Source: Catajapyx aquilonaris
Lineage: Eukaryota
Assembly: GCA_000934665.2 (NCBI GenBank)
Contig: KZ537968.1
Span: forward strand, 1-64,000
Reading direction: 5' to 3'
DNA: 64,000 nucleotides
This document shows, piece after piece, positions 1-12,283 of the stretch. Numbering within the stretch: position 1 is the first letter of the stretch; each line of letters opens with the position of its first letter. The notes beneath the pieces were generated by a model. It made no database searches, was not told where the DNA came from, and saw only the letters and a list, made by a program, of their open reading frames with translations. The position numbers and the translations under genes were made by a program.

Positions 1-459
1 CTCGGGAAAGTCAGCACTAGGACCCTATGCACTCAGTAGAGCTGTAAGTACCATCGCGAACGCTGTAGGCCGCGGCCCCCTAAACTAGATAATTACCATA
101 CCCTCTTGAAAATGTCCATAAGTCAGATCGCTGAGGAACAGAGCATTATATACAGCATGAAGATGCTGCTCCAATGAACTGCTTACGTTGTGTGTTTGTT
201 TACCTGGGCAGAAGAACATGGTTTCCCAATTATTTATTCATTATACAAATATACAGTATTTGTTTTGAAATTGGTGTTGTTCAACATAGGCAAAAGGGAT
301 TTTAAGTGGATGAATAATTATAAATGATCCGTATGGAGAGCCTTAGAGACCTTTCGTAAGTACGGATCGCCATCAGTGCTGGATAATTCCGCTGTACCAC
401 CATTGACATTCTAATAATTTACCGATTGCAAATGAAAATGGTATGTTTTACACTTGCAG

Positions 460-2411
460 TGAGGAACCTGAAAAGACTGACCCTTCCCAATCTCAAGGTT
501 AGTTTTTCTTCCAGTGTGTGTTCTCAGTTAAATGAGCTGCTGTGTGACTAACAGTTCTTATTTTGCCTTAGTAGTACCGGTAGCTCAAACAGAAGAGGAA
601 GTGAAGAAAGCAGAAATGTAAGGATTTTCTTTTTAATCTTTAAACTGGCATGCGTCATGGCTTACCGATGTGTTGATTATTCAGGAAAGCCAAACTCAGC
701 ATACTGAAGAGGAAGGTGCTAAATGACAAGCACACAATGTCATATTATGAAATGGCCAAGGACATGGGGATGGACAAAGAAGAAGATCAAGAACAAGAAC
801 AAAAGGGTGAAGAAGTAATTATTGAAGAAAAGAAGGGCAAAGAAAAAAAGGTTGAAGAAATTGAGTTGGTCTCTTCTGATGAGGACTTTCCTGATGATAA
901 GCCAGAAAAGGGGTCGTCCATAAAGTCATCATCTACAACAGGTGAGTCTTCTTATCAGTAAAGAATGATCAAATCATGGACCAAATTTTGAAAGGTTGGC
1001 TCTGGATTTTGAGTAATATCAGATAATTCTGACATGCAAGGTACAGGGCATCCCAGTCACAAGTTTGCGTGATGTGCGTATCAGATGCCAGAATGAGACG
1101 AACTTACATCAATAGCTGGGGAGGGTGGGAAAAAAGCATATATGAAGGGTGATGTGCTACAACGTCTCAAGTACCAAAATAGAAACTTTTTTGGAGAGAG
1201 CTTTATTGGTTCCGTCGGCACATCTATATAAATAATAATGGATAATGGATACCCCGTGATAAGCCTGCTTGGCCTTTTTAGGGGATCATCTTTTAATTGA
1301 CCAACTTTAACCATTGCCTTTGATGTGATGGATTTTGATAGTGGGAGGAAACGGGAGAACCTCGAGAAAACCCACGCGAACACGGAGAGAACCCATCGAA
1401 ACTCTATTCACATAAGTAATCCTCTGTCTGATCCGGGAATCGAACTCGGGACCTTAGAGGTGGAAGGTTGCGGCGCTAACCACTCCGCCACTGCGTCGCC
1501 CGGCACATCTATATTATTAATACCTTACTGTGATGGCGATTTCTCCTGCTGTGGACGGCCTACAGAGTTGGGAATGGCCTCAAAATTTAGCCCGTGTGTT
1601 CTATATTTGCCCACCACTTTTGTTTTTTTGCAAAAAGTGACCAAGGAATTTGTAAATAACAAATACCGTGAGGCTCAAGGTCACGACGCCACGCGGCCAA
1701 CTCCACGCAATTCCCCATTCTGCCGCTCGGCTCTCAGATCGCCTGCTCACCAGCTCGCCTACTTCCCAACGTTACCGCCAGATGTTACGGTCGCATGTCG
1801 CTTCGATGTTGCTGCCTGCTGAACCTCTCTCTCTCTCCCTCCCTCCCCCCGCTCCCCTCTGTCCTGCTCATGGCCTTAGAATACTCAGGTCTGTACACTA
1901 CCCTCTTATCGCCTGTGGGGGTCTAATGGGGTGGTTTGTGGGGGCCGTGAGGTGACCGCATGAGAGCGCTTTGCCCGCTTTTCTTCAAGGGCTACACCAG
2001 TGGCGACACCACCAGACTTAGTAGAAGAGAGGCGACTCGCTTCTCTTCTACTGAAGTTCGCAGGAGTCCGGTGAAGTCTTAAGTAAAAGAGAAGCGAGTC
2101 GCCTCTCTTCTAACGGGTTTGGTGGTGTCGCCACTGGTCTAGCCCCTGAAGAAAAGCAGGCAAAGCGCTCTCAAGCGGTCACCTCCCACAAACCGCCATG
2201 CTAGACCCCCAAAGACGATAAGAGGAGATAAGAGGGTAGTGTTCGGCGGCTGCTCCAGTCCTGCTGTTTGACAAAATAGCCTTACCGGAAGATGTGGTAG
2301 AGAGGAAAACAGGTGCGGCCAACATACAGGAAACCTGATCATGAACACCATCCTCAACACCGGGGCAAGATGCCTTCCAGGCAGAAGGAAGGAGGGAGGG
2401 AGAGGGAGGGA

Positions 2412-2446
<35 letters not shown>

Positions 2447-4375
2447 GGANNNNNNNNNNNNNNNNNNNNNNNNNNGAGAGAGAGAGGGAGAGGGAGAGAG
2501 GGAGGGAGAGGGAGAGAGGGAGAGAGAGAGAGAGGGAGAGGGAGAGGGAGAGGGAGAGAGAGACTAACCATTTTTGACAAATTTTGGCAACTGGCTACCT
2601 AGTATAACCTTATTGCAGAACAACCCTAAGCAGTCCCAAAACAACGCTTCCACTTCCATCTAGCAAGTGAAACTACAGTAGTACTATTCTGTGCAGAAAG
2701 TCACGCTGAACTCAAAACACCAGAAAAATGTAAAACGAGGCAGATGGCACTTAAACCTTGTTGCAGATCACCCATCATATATGGGGTTGTGGAGTGGCGC
2801 TGCGGTAATGTATGCACCCATAGATGGAGGGGTCCTGGGTTCGATCCTAGTCCCGGGCCTCCCCCTTCATCACGTGCAGAGTTGGGTCGTTCTGGCTTCA
2901 TCTTGGGTGGAATCTCCGCTATACTAATCCATCCAGGGGAGTTCACAAAATGTACCGTTTGAGACATTGCACATCCCCTCCCAGTCACCCTGCCTGTGGA
3001 CCTGGGTGTTAAGCAACTAGGTCCCAATGTAGGTACATGGTACTCAGGTTCCCCCGAAGACTACGTAAGGGGTAGCAAGGGATAAACATTTTTTTTAAAG
3101 ATATGTTTTTAAATTACTTTTTTTCTTGCCCAACTGACTTGAGCAGCAGTTCAATTAGACCTCACACTTTCTCTTCAAATTGCATTGGCGACCATTCATG
3201 TAATGAATTGCAAATTGCGTCTAATTTAATATTGTATGTGATGATCTTTTCAAGCTTCACAGCTATTTTCCACAGCATAAAATGACTGTTGAAAGGTAGC
3301 CCAGACCTTTTGAATACAGGAGATCCCATCACACTGCATGTTTAATCTTGCAAGGCTTTGATTTTCCTGAGCTGCAGTATATTGCACTGTAGCAATAATT
3401 GAAGTTGTCATAAAGGAAACAGATGCTGTAGTCGTATCATTTTAGTTGACTGTGGCATACTGCTTCTGAAATAACAAGACCAGGTTGTATTTTGAGGTTG
3501 TTAAAGCTCTCACTGACCACTTTCATTGGTTGTACACCTCAGGAGGCACCAGCAAGAGGCCTCGTAGTGAGAAGAAGACCACCTCTACCTCGGGTGTTCC
3601 TAAGCCCAAGAAGGCCAGATCACGCTCTCCCCGGAAGACAACAAAGCGATCTAAAAGTCGCAGTCCAAAGCGTCGCAGCCCAAGTCGTCGCAGCAACCAC
3701 AGCAGCCATAATCGCAGTAGAAGTCGATCCCGGGAGAGGGTTCACCCACGTCGTAATTACCGCACTAGATCCCCCGTGGTACCCCTATCTGTCCTGCGGG
3801 AACAGCGACTCAGGAGGAGCAGGAGCCCCAGGCGCAGTCGGAGTCGCAGCCCAATCCCCCTTGGTCGCAGGAGGCGACTATCTAAGAGCCCAATTGATCT
3901 AAAAGATGTCAGAGGTAGGTCCACTGTTATGAATAATATGCTGCATCATCCCTTGCATGCTGACACAAACCTGTCTTATCCTGCAATGTGTAAGACTTTC
4001 TGTATTATTAGGACTTTGCAATTATACTGTGATAGTTGCAATCGTATGATATTCTGTGATATGTGAGTTGCAATACTTAAAATACAGTTCTATTTGCAAG
4101 GCACATGCACTGTAGTTGTTGGCATATAAGACGCCCCCNCCCCCCCGTACCCCCATTTGCCGTACGCCATATATGCAAAAATATGCTAGAACATTTTTCT
4201 CTGAATATAACAACAATATCATGACATTTCCCTGTAAGGGGTAGTCAGAAATGAAGGGAGACGGAAGTTAACCCCACATATGAACTAAATTAAAACTTGT
4301 CAAAATAAAACCATAAACTCCCCGTCCCATTTCCCCCAAAAAGGGTTATGCCCTCGAAAGGGGCTACATAATAAA

Positions 4376-4407
<32 letters not shown>

Positions 4408-7400
4408 ACTACCCGTCCCACCCCCACCCCCCACCCCTGCCCATCTCCGACGATGGACAGGGTGGCAGGTACCCTGAGCCGCCACGTGCCAGTCTCCATC
4501 ATTCTCCATTCAAGTATTATAAAACCCCTCTCCCAGGAGGAGGAGGATATAGGATGATATAGGATGGAAGAGATCTTGCACTTCCCGGCGTTGCAGAGAC
4601 CTTGGACTCACACCTTTGGATTCCTTGCCCCTGCTTTACTATTTCCAAAAATTCTCATACTCGCAGAATTCTCAGCCGTTTTTTGAGATAAAAAATTAAC
4701 TGTATCCCCACCCAGCCGACAAACGAGAGCTGCTGTCGCCTCCGCCACCCACATCCTCCCACTGCCCCTGACCCCTCGACGACTCCTCCCCTACTCAACT
4801 CTGCCACTACGTCATCTGTGCCGGTTATCGCATCATGTTGCCTTTTTCACGATGCGTCACCTAGGGCGCATTCTGATACTCCACACCTTTAGTCATAATG
4901 TCACGCGTGTTCTGTAAACGGATGCCACCTCGCTCCGACCAATTTTTGAGTAAAAAGACTTGCTGTGTTCGCATCGGAGAGTGGGGGAAGTGTGGGGCAG
5001 CCGGGTGCACTTGCATCGGGCCTCGGAGAGTTATGGAGACCGAGGAGGACCTGCGTGCGACCCGGCACAGCCCCATGGGCGGGTGGGGGGGAGGGGGGGC
5101 GAGGCCCTCCTGCGCCTCGCAAAGCAAGTCTCTTAATATGATCTGCTGAAATGGGGGTATGTCTTATATGCCATCAAATGGAGTATAGTCTTGCTTATCC
5201 CGAATGGGACTTGGAGATGTCCCGGTAATCAATAATGCAGAAAATACATGGAGGCTGGTACTGGATGATGGAGGGAATGATAATCATCACATAATTATGA
5301 GAAATGGACCTTCAGGTACATTTACAATACAATAGCATTTATTAACTATACAGTACCCATATCCACACCAGTGCTTTGTCTCTCAGGCATATATGCATTC
5401 AAAGGATTTATAACGAATATTTGCTGCATTTGTGTAAAATATTTTTCAAGGTGTGTTTTTTCCTCACCTGTCTCTCATAATTATGATAGTTACATTCATA
5501 GTGTACTGACTGCTATGTTTTTCTCCAGCGAGAGGTGCATCACCCTCTCATGCTCGGAAGCGGTCCAAGTCCCCTCTCCCTGAAAAATCCTCTCGTAGCA
5601 GCCGCAGCCAGAAAAAGTCAGAGTCAGGCACCATGGCCTCCGAGTTGGAAGCGCTTGCCAGAGACAATAAGGACTCTCTTCACAAGGAAGAGCACCACTT
5701 TGAGGATATGTTCACACGTAAGAAGGAATACTACAAGAAAAGGCCAGAGGCTCACCCCAAATATGCAGAAGAGTGGAAGAGTTTCTGGGAGCGACGCTAC
5801 CGGGAGCTCATGCAGGAAGGGAAAGATCCCAAGGTACATGACTACACTCCTGAGTGGATAGGGGTGTGGAGTAAGCGAATGGAAGAGATCTTTGATGCAG
5901 AGCTGGATACAAAGCGCAAGGAGCTGAAGGAAAAGTACGAGCGGGAGTATGACATCAAGAGGAAAGAAGCTGAGGAGAAGTATCGAAAGCTGAGGCAGGA
6001 GGAGGAGGAGAAGGAACGTGCTCGTGAACAGGAACGGCAACGAAAGCTGGATATGGAACGGGAATACGTTCGTGCACGGGAGAAAGAAGAGGAAAGGCAG
6101 CTCAAGTTAAAGTTTGACCTTGCTGAGGAGACTAAAGTGAGTTGGCGTTCGTGCAATGAACGTGCGCGAAGATCGCCGTCACCATGGGAATCTGAAAATC
6201 CAGGTCGGGAGTTTGCAAAGAACCCTTCCCCTCCTGCTAAGTCTATCCAGCCATTTACCCCAACCCCGGCAGGCCCTCGACCTGATTCATTGGTGTCCAT
6301 TAGTTCAGCTGGCAGTGAGAAGTCAAGCCTGCCACAGCGCAAGCCAGTAGAAGACGTGGTTTCTGTGTTGAGGCTGGTGACGGCACTGGAGGATCACTTG
6401 GGATCACTTGGTCCAAGAGTCAACACAGCCATGAGTCATGCAATTAGCATGGAGCGTACTAGAGCTGGCGCATCCATGGCAATGATGGAGGAAACTACCT
6501 ATAACATAATGCTGGAGACAGTGAAGGAGAAGCTTGTGGGTCAACTTGAAGCAGGGCTTATTGATGGGCGTAAAGTGGATGCTGTGTCCTACACTGTGGA
6601 ATGTCTGAATGCTCTCCTCAAGAAGATAGCTGCATTGCCACCAAGACCAGCACCAGCCCCAGCCCCAGCTCCACCCCCACCCCCAGCCCCAGCCCCAGTC
6701 ATGGCACCTGTGGTGCAGGCGGCAGTACCTGCAAGAGTGCCAGCACCAATTATATCACCCACCATTGATCCAAAGCTAGACAAGATGGCAATGGCACAAC
6801 AGATTGCCTCGACACTCCTGGCACAGGGAAAAATGAACATGAGTGATCAGGAACTCAAAGCACTGCTTTCATCTGTTGTTCCGGTTCAGGCTCCTAGCTT
6901 AGCACAATCTGTTGCAGCACTAGCCACACCTGTGGCTCCAGGAGAAATTTCGAATCCACCTGTTGCTCCTAATGTGTCAGCAGCTCCGATTATCAATACG
7001 GCTCCAATCATGTCTACAGGCCCATTCACTCCAGCAATTTCAGATATGAACTTGGTTTCCGCTCTGTCCACTGCTTCTGCAGCGGCCCTTTTGTCAACTT
7101 TAACAACAACTTTTGCAACATCTACAGCTCCTACTACATCGACATCAGGGCTTGAGATTCTCCAGAAAACCTACCAAGAGCCACCATTGCTCCCAGCGGT
7201 ATCTGCGCCAGTTAGAACAGCCACACCAGTTGAGACCAAAGAACCATCGCACATTACCAGTTTCCTTCAATCCATGAATAGCACTCAACATACAGTTCAG
7301 GAGAGTTCTCCGAGCAAGCCTGGAGAAGAGTCACGGGACTTGAGCCTGGAGGAATTGAAAGCCCTGGTATTGAACTTCAAGCACTTGTCCCGCAGCGAGC

Positions 7401-8296
7401 AGGATGATCTGATCACGTACATGAAGAAGTTGGAATCGACCCAGCCAGACAAAGTGAAGCGACTGCAGGATATGATCATACAGAACAATGCGGGTGGATT
7501 GCCTGGCACAGCTACACCCACCTCCACTCAGCCACAAGTGGTGCTACAGCCAGTACCACAGCCAGTGCCGCAGCCTGTGCCGCAGCCAGTCCCTAAGCCA
7601 ATAGGGAGGGAATACGCGTCAGCCTCTGGTCGGTTCTCTCCATTTTCACTCCGGAATGAGGATGGGTCGAATCCAATTAATCCTGAAATGGTGGAGATGG
7701 AACGGCAGAAACATGAGTTTGTGAAGAGTGAGAAGGAACGAGAGAAGAAAGAGAAACAGGAACAGGAACAAGACCAGAAACGCAAGCAACGTGAGCAGCA
7801 AAAACAGCTAAAACAGCAGCAGCAGCAGCAGCAGAAGAAGGTGGGGGGACCTCCAAAAATAGATCTCAACAAGCTGTACGTTGACCTCATGGAAACAGCC
7901 AAACAGAAGCACCAAATGATACAGGAACGTACTGAGAAAGCGGAGGTCAAGGTAAGGCCAATAGAGACATTAAACACAGTTGGAAAGGCAATTGCGACTG
8001 CTTCTTCTGTCCAGCAAGCATACCCATCATACCAGACATACACCGCGGGTTATGTGCAGGGAGCAGAGGCGAGTTATAGGGCAGCAGAGTCGTATGCAGG
8101 TTATTATCCGGGGTACCAGGCACAGGATCAGCAACAACAAACCCAACAAACGCAGCAGCAAATGCCACAGTACATGGGTTACGTGTATAATTATGCTACC
8201 GGTTCTTATGAGAAGGTACCACAAGGTACCTACCCAGATAATAGTGTGCCTGGTACATCTTCGCAACATGATTACCACAGTGGTAATCAATATTGA
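460..8296 (+). CDS. 5'-partial multi-exon gene for an RS-rich/coiled-coil protein resembling the uncharacterised insect CG7065-like family; exons 460-497, 572(or 575)-617, 685-941, 3543-3914, 5529-8296
   Basis: Canonical AG/GT boundaries join all five exons in one open frame (EEPEKTDPSQSQ...MKAKLSILKRKVLNDK...GGTSKRPRS...RGASPSHARKRSKSP...MASELE). Arg/Ser-rich segment at 3543-3914. The Trp-rich block HPKYAEEWKSFWERRYRELMQEGKDP..DY.PEW..W..RM matches my recollection of CG7065-like proteins (not searched). Pro-rich and Gln-rich C-terminus. Confidence 0.8.
1230..1501 (-). mobile_element. tRNA-derived SINE with a V-domain-like core and an intact target-site duplication (TSD)
   Basis: Minus strand: A box TGGCGGAGTGG (1480-1490), B box GAGTTCGATTCC (1436-1447), core GTGGGTTTTCTCGAGGTTCTCCCGTTTCCTCCC (~1343-1375) and a TTA-rich tail. 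Direct repeat GGCACATCTATAT at 1217-1229 and 1502-1514. Confidence 0.85.
1895..2242. mobile_element. Long fold-back element / MITE (~350 bp imperfect palindrome)
   Basis: Termini ACACTACCCTCTTATC ... GATAAGAGGGTAGTGT. The arms pair almost to the centre (TAGAAGAGAGGCGACTCGCTTCTCTT / AAGAGAAGCGAGTCGCCTCTCTTCTA). Ends read CACTA...TAGTG, but no matching TSD was seen. Confidence 0.75.
2385..2562 (+). repeat. (GA)n/(GGGAGA)n simple repeat spanning an assembly gap (N at 2450-2475)
   Basis: Directly visible. Confidence 0.95.
2783..3097 (+). mobile_element. Second, different tRNA-derived SINE
   Basis: A-box-like TGGCGCTGCGG (2795-2805) and B box GGTTCGATCC (2838-2847); ~300 bp body ending in a T run. 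3' boundary approximate. Confidence 0.65.
4110..5183. mobile_element. Non-autonomous DNA transposon relic (Tc1/mariner-pogo-like terminal inverted repeats, TIRs) in an intron
   Basis: Left TTGTTGGCATATAAGAC...TACCCCCATTT pairs with right AAATGGGGGTATGTCTTATATGCCATCAA; no transposase ORF; contains (TAAA)n at ~4372-4408. Confidence 0.6.
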
Positions 8297-8463
8297 TAGG
8301 CATTTTCTGAACCCTTCTCAGTTTTCGGTGTCCCCTGTTGTCACTTTATTTCCTTTAATATGCTGTGATCCACTGTGTTACAAAGAATGGACTGAGATTT
8401 CTTTGTATTATTATTATTATTTTTCATTATTGGGCCATGACTTGTGCTTTGTAAATACAGTTA

Positions 8464-8469
8464 AATAAA
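8464..8469 (+). terminator. Candidate proximal polyadenylation signal of the CG7065-like gene
   Basis: AATAAA 168 nt after the stop, preceded by TGTAAATA and followed by T-rich sequence. Confidence 0.55.
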
Positions 8470-9480
8470 ATGTACACACTTAATTTGACTTTTTGTAGAT
8501 CAGCTATGTATTATTGGTGCAGGCATGCAACCCTAAACTAAAATCATTTGGTCTAAGAGTTCCGTGTCTTGGACAAGTGCTTTTAGCAAAGGGTACATAT
8601 GCCAATACTTTGTTCAAGTTGTTCCAGGATTGAGCTGTTAAGCGGTGGAAGAAAATATGTCATCTTCATCACTGCCATGGCTTTCCAGTGTCGGTACAAC
8701 AGCAGTTTTCTTCCAATCGTCTGCACGGCATAGTGCATTTGCCACGGAAATATTACCTCTGAGGCCCCAAGTTTGATCCACAAATCGGATGGAGGATTTT
8801 CTTCTGTGGGTTGTAGGGACCACCACTTCACCCCACTTTCAATCACTGTCATCAGTGCAGTGTTATTCATGTCCCACATCTATTAAAGGGATCATATTCT
8901 CCCATTCATCTCGCTCCTGTTGGGATTAGTTCACCTTGATTCCGTATTTGAGCATTGGAAGTGACTTGTTTTGGAGGGTCCATGAGGAGGGAAGTAATGC
9001 CGCATTATCCTGAAACTTGGGCATGTGCTTAAAAAGTACAGCCAACTAGTTTTTAGAAGTGCTCAGCCAATCTTGGATGGCTATGCTGCCAGCGTATCAG
9101 TATGCACATGCATGTCAGCTGCAGGATTACGTTGATATTGGGTTTTGTCAACTTTCTATGATCCATGAAGTCACATATAGACCAGCAGTTACTTGAAATC
9201 TCTGCAGTGCCAATGTAAAGTTGCAGTATTTTAATGACTCCATTACTGTATAGTGGCTTGTGTGGAAGTGTGCGTGAAGTGTTTCCTTGAAAGACACCTG
9301 CTGTTGCAAGAGGATTCCCATCTGGTAATCCAAGAAACAATGAAGGACATTTGAGTGACATGCTGACAATTTTGCTGTGGTCTTCTGATTTGTTTTTGCC
9401 CTTATGTTATTATTTGCACAGTAATGGATAATGTACATATTTTGCTGTACCTGTTCATGTCCACAGGTGTTAGTAATTAC

Positions 9481-9580
9481 GATGGGTGGAATTTTCGTCT
9501 CGCTGCTAGTTACTACTAATGTAGCAGTACCAGTGTTGGTACTGGCAGTAACTAGCAGAGGACGAAAAATTCAACCCATC
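9481..9580. repeat. Imperfect 100-bp palindrome (probable decayed MITE)
   Basis: GATGGGTGGAATTTTCGTC..CTGCTAGTTACT pairs with AGTAACTAGCAG..GACGAAAAATTCAACCCATC. Confidence 0.6.
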
Positions 9581-10553
9581 ATTTCTCACATGTGACACTG
9601 TTAATGTTATCAACTTAATGTGGAGTAAAGACCTATATCTTGTATTTTGCATGGACATTATTTGCCTGAGCTTATATTCTTCAGATACTTACAGCTAGTG
9701 TCACAGCAGTGCAGTCATGTGCGTGGAATCTGGCAGCAATTGCAACTTAAAGCATGGCCGAGTACGTGGAAGCAAGATTAATTTGCGGTCCGAAATTCAC
9801 TAGGATCAATTCCAATTGTTAAAACTGGAATTCCGAAACGATTGAAGAAAGTACTGCCAGGTCAACTAGTCTGTGCCCTCACAATGTCATGCAGCCATTT
9901 CTTCTGGCACTGTATGACACTCGCATGAGGGACAGTTAGTTGAGATGGCAGTGAGCTGCAAAGAGACATCCTACATAAACATCAAGCTTCAAAGTTGTCC
10001 CAGTTTGAAACTCGGAAGTGGAAGGTCGTGTCACCATCAGCACTTATATGCTTATTACTGCTTCTGAAGGATCCTGCCCGATTGTTCACCTATTGCGAAG
10101 ACAGTCATTCCGTGAGTGCTGCATGTCACTAATTAATATCGATGTAATTTTCCTACCAAATTATTTATTGTGGTAAGTAGCCAGTTGAATTTACTGACTA
10201 TCACGAGTGGGTGAGAGAAGAATATTGCCCGAGTTACAGTTGCAATGTTTTAGTCTGTTACTGAGAATGTGTGCTGATCTCTTATCAGGACTATTTCTGG
10301 AGCGCAGAGAAACCCAAACCCATTTCTGATCATCCACTACTTGTGGCAAAGTGCACCAATGCCAACTTGGATCATTTGTCATCTATTTCACATTGACGAG
10401 GATGACTTATGTTGTGTAGAACCTACAACATTCATCCTTGTTGGAATGAAATCATATCGGTATTATCCATAACCTGGGTTTGCAATATTGTGCTTTGTAA
10501 CAAAATAGTGGACTGGTTCTAGAATGGGTTTGGGTTCCTCAGTGCTGCATAAA

Positions 10554-10699
10554 TCTGCCATCCTAAGGTAAAACACCCTAACTTGAAAACTAGTGCACAC
10601 CCTGCACTAATCCCCCCTGACTCGGAGGGGATTAGTGCAGGGCATGCATGCAACCTTCACCCTTTTACTAATTTTCAAGTTTTACCTCGGGACAGCAGA
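10554..10699. repeat. Imperfect palindrome with a perfect inner stem (probable MITE)
   Basis: Inner stem CCCTGCACTAATCCCC / GGGGATTAGTGCAGGG; outer arms TCTGC..AGGTAAAAC..CTTGAAAA / TTTTCAAGTTTTACCT..GCAGA. Confidence 0.6.
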
Positions 10700-11500
10700 A
10701 ATGAGGCACATTGATGGGTCAAGATTAGAAGTGCTTTTCAAATAATGGTGATGGGCATTGTGCAATTTCGATTCTTACTCCTAGTTCACTGAAGTTCAAC
10801 CCACGTGCAGGACTGATTTTGAAATGGCATGCTTTATTACTGAAGTCCTTGATATTTGATGGTATCACGTCAGTCTGTGTCTTTTCAGCATTGCAACTCA
10901 GACAGTGGGGACAGTCCTCCAGTGATCTCCAAAAATTGCATTGACGCTTCAGTGAGTTAATCCGTACCTGTGCAGGATGGACTGAGGTGCACATGTGAAG
11001 TTTATAGTGATGCCACACTTACCGCAAGTTGTGTAAGCCATGCCAAATGAGGAAGTGAATGAACATTTTTTGTTAGTGAAAAGTTTCTAGTGCTGCGTGA
11101 AACTGGACTATTTGTACTGTATAACATAAGGACATGTGTGATGCATCCAACATCATCATAAACAAGACATTTCAGAATTGTTACATCTTTAGACGTAACT
11201 CAGATGTGAGCAATATTTATTGAATCATTTTTGTAATCATGTAAATAAATTGGTGACACCTAAGCCACTGTACTGTATAATTTTTTTGTTAGTGCTAAGT
11301 ATCTGCAAGCAAATTCACAAAAACTGTTTCCATTTATGCCTCCAGTATATGCAGTATTATATTACTCGTAAATGCCATGAAATTGACAATAGAAAAAATA
11401 TTTCATCGCATGACCACAGCATGCACTGTGGTACTTTCCGAGATGTTGATCCATGGTTCTCATTATTAATTCACAGAGCCTGGTATATAACACTCAAGTA

Positions 11501-11662
11501 CAGTACTGGCCAATAATCGAGGCAACAACTAGCGACATTTTCCCGAAGCGGCAGAAGAAGGAATCGAAGATAAGCATGCTAGAAGCCGGGCGAGCAAGAT
11601 TCCTTCTTCTGCCGCTTCGGGAAAATGTCGCTAGTCGTTGCCTCGATTATTGGCCAGTACTG
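11501..11662. mobile_element. Tc1/mariner-family MITE with TA TSD, near-perfect ~65-bp arms
   Basis: TA|CAGTACTGGCCAATAATCGAGGCAAC...GTTGCCTCGATTATTGGCCAGTACTG|TA; the terminus resembles the Tc1 TIR start CAGTGCTGGCCAA. Confidence 0.9.
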
Positions 11663-12283
11663 TACTTCTCAGATTTGTAAGGAACTACTTCAGTTCAATC
11701 TTCAAGTCAATTCAATTGTGATTTGCAGGTCAAGTTGTGAAGTAGACATCTGGGCCATAAGCATGTGACAATATGTTGCATTTTCATCACTGTTCCACAA
11801 GTACCACAATTATGCAACAAAATGAAAACTGCAATGACTGAAAGTTAATGACTTGTACATTAGAGAGATTGTTCATTGAGCCGAGATGTCCATTTTCGTT
11901 AGGGGATTTTAAATATATGGCTTGATAAGCAAGAATCTTTTGCAAGGTGTTAGAAAAAGTGCCGTATTGTAGCACAATCATTACAATATTACAACAGGGC
12001 AGTACTTTAAAATTACAGTACTACCAAAATATGCAACCAGTAGATCGTTGGAAATTCTTTTAAATGCTGCCACGGCTCTGTAACCAACTTGCAGAAAGTG
12101 GAGCAGATGGAAATAACTAAAATGCATTACTCTGGGCTCGAAATACTTTACTGGTACCAAGCAACATTGCAAAAAGACACCCCACTTTAATTACAAATCA
12201 TAAGTACAATTATTGGCTTTACAAATGCTGCTAAAATATTAGTCAAAAGTCATTTTTAAATCTGGTAGCATTTCAAGTAAAAG

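Noticed and set aside
1325..1955. 165-aa and 95-aa intronic ORFs
   Set aside because: They span SINE and fold-back sequence, and the exon chain joins in frame without them.
2139..2580. ER/GE-rich and LS/LP-rich ORFs
   Set aside because: Translations of the GA repeat across an N gap.
8583..9438. Short minus-strand ORFs downstream of the first gene
   Set aside because: No recognisable domain, codon bias or consistent splice chain; probably UTR or intergenic.
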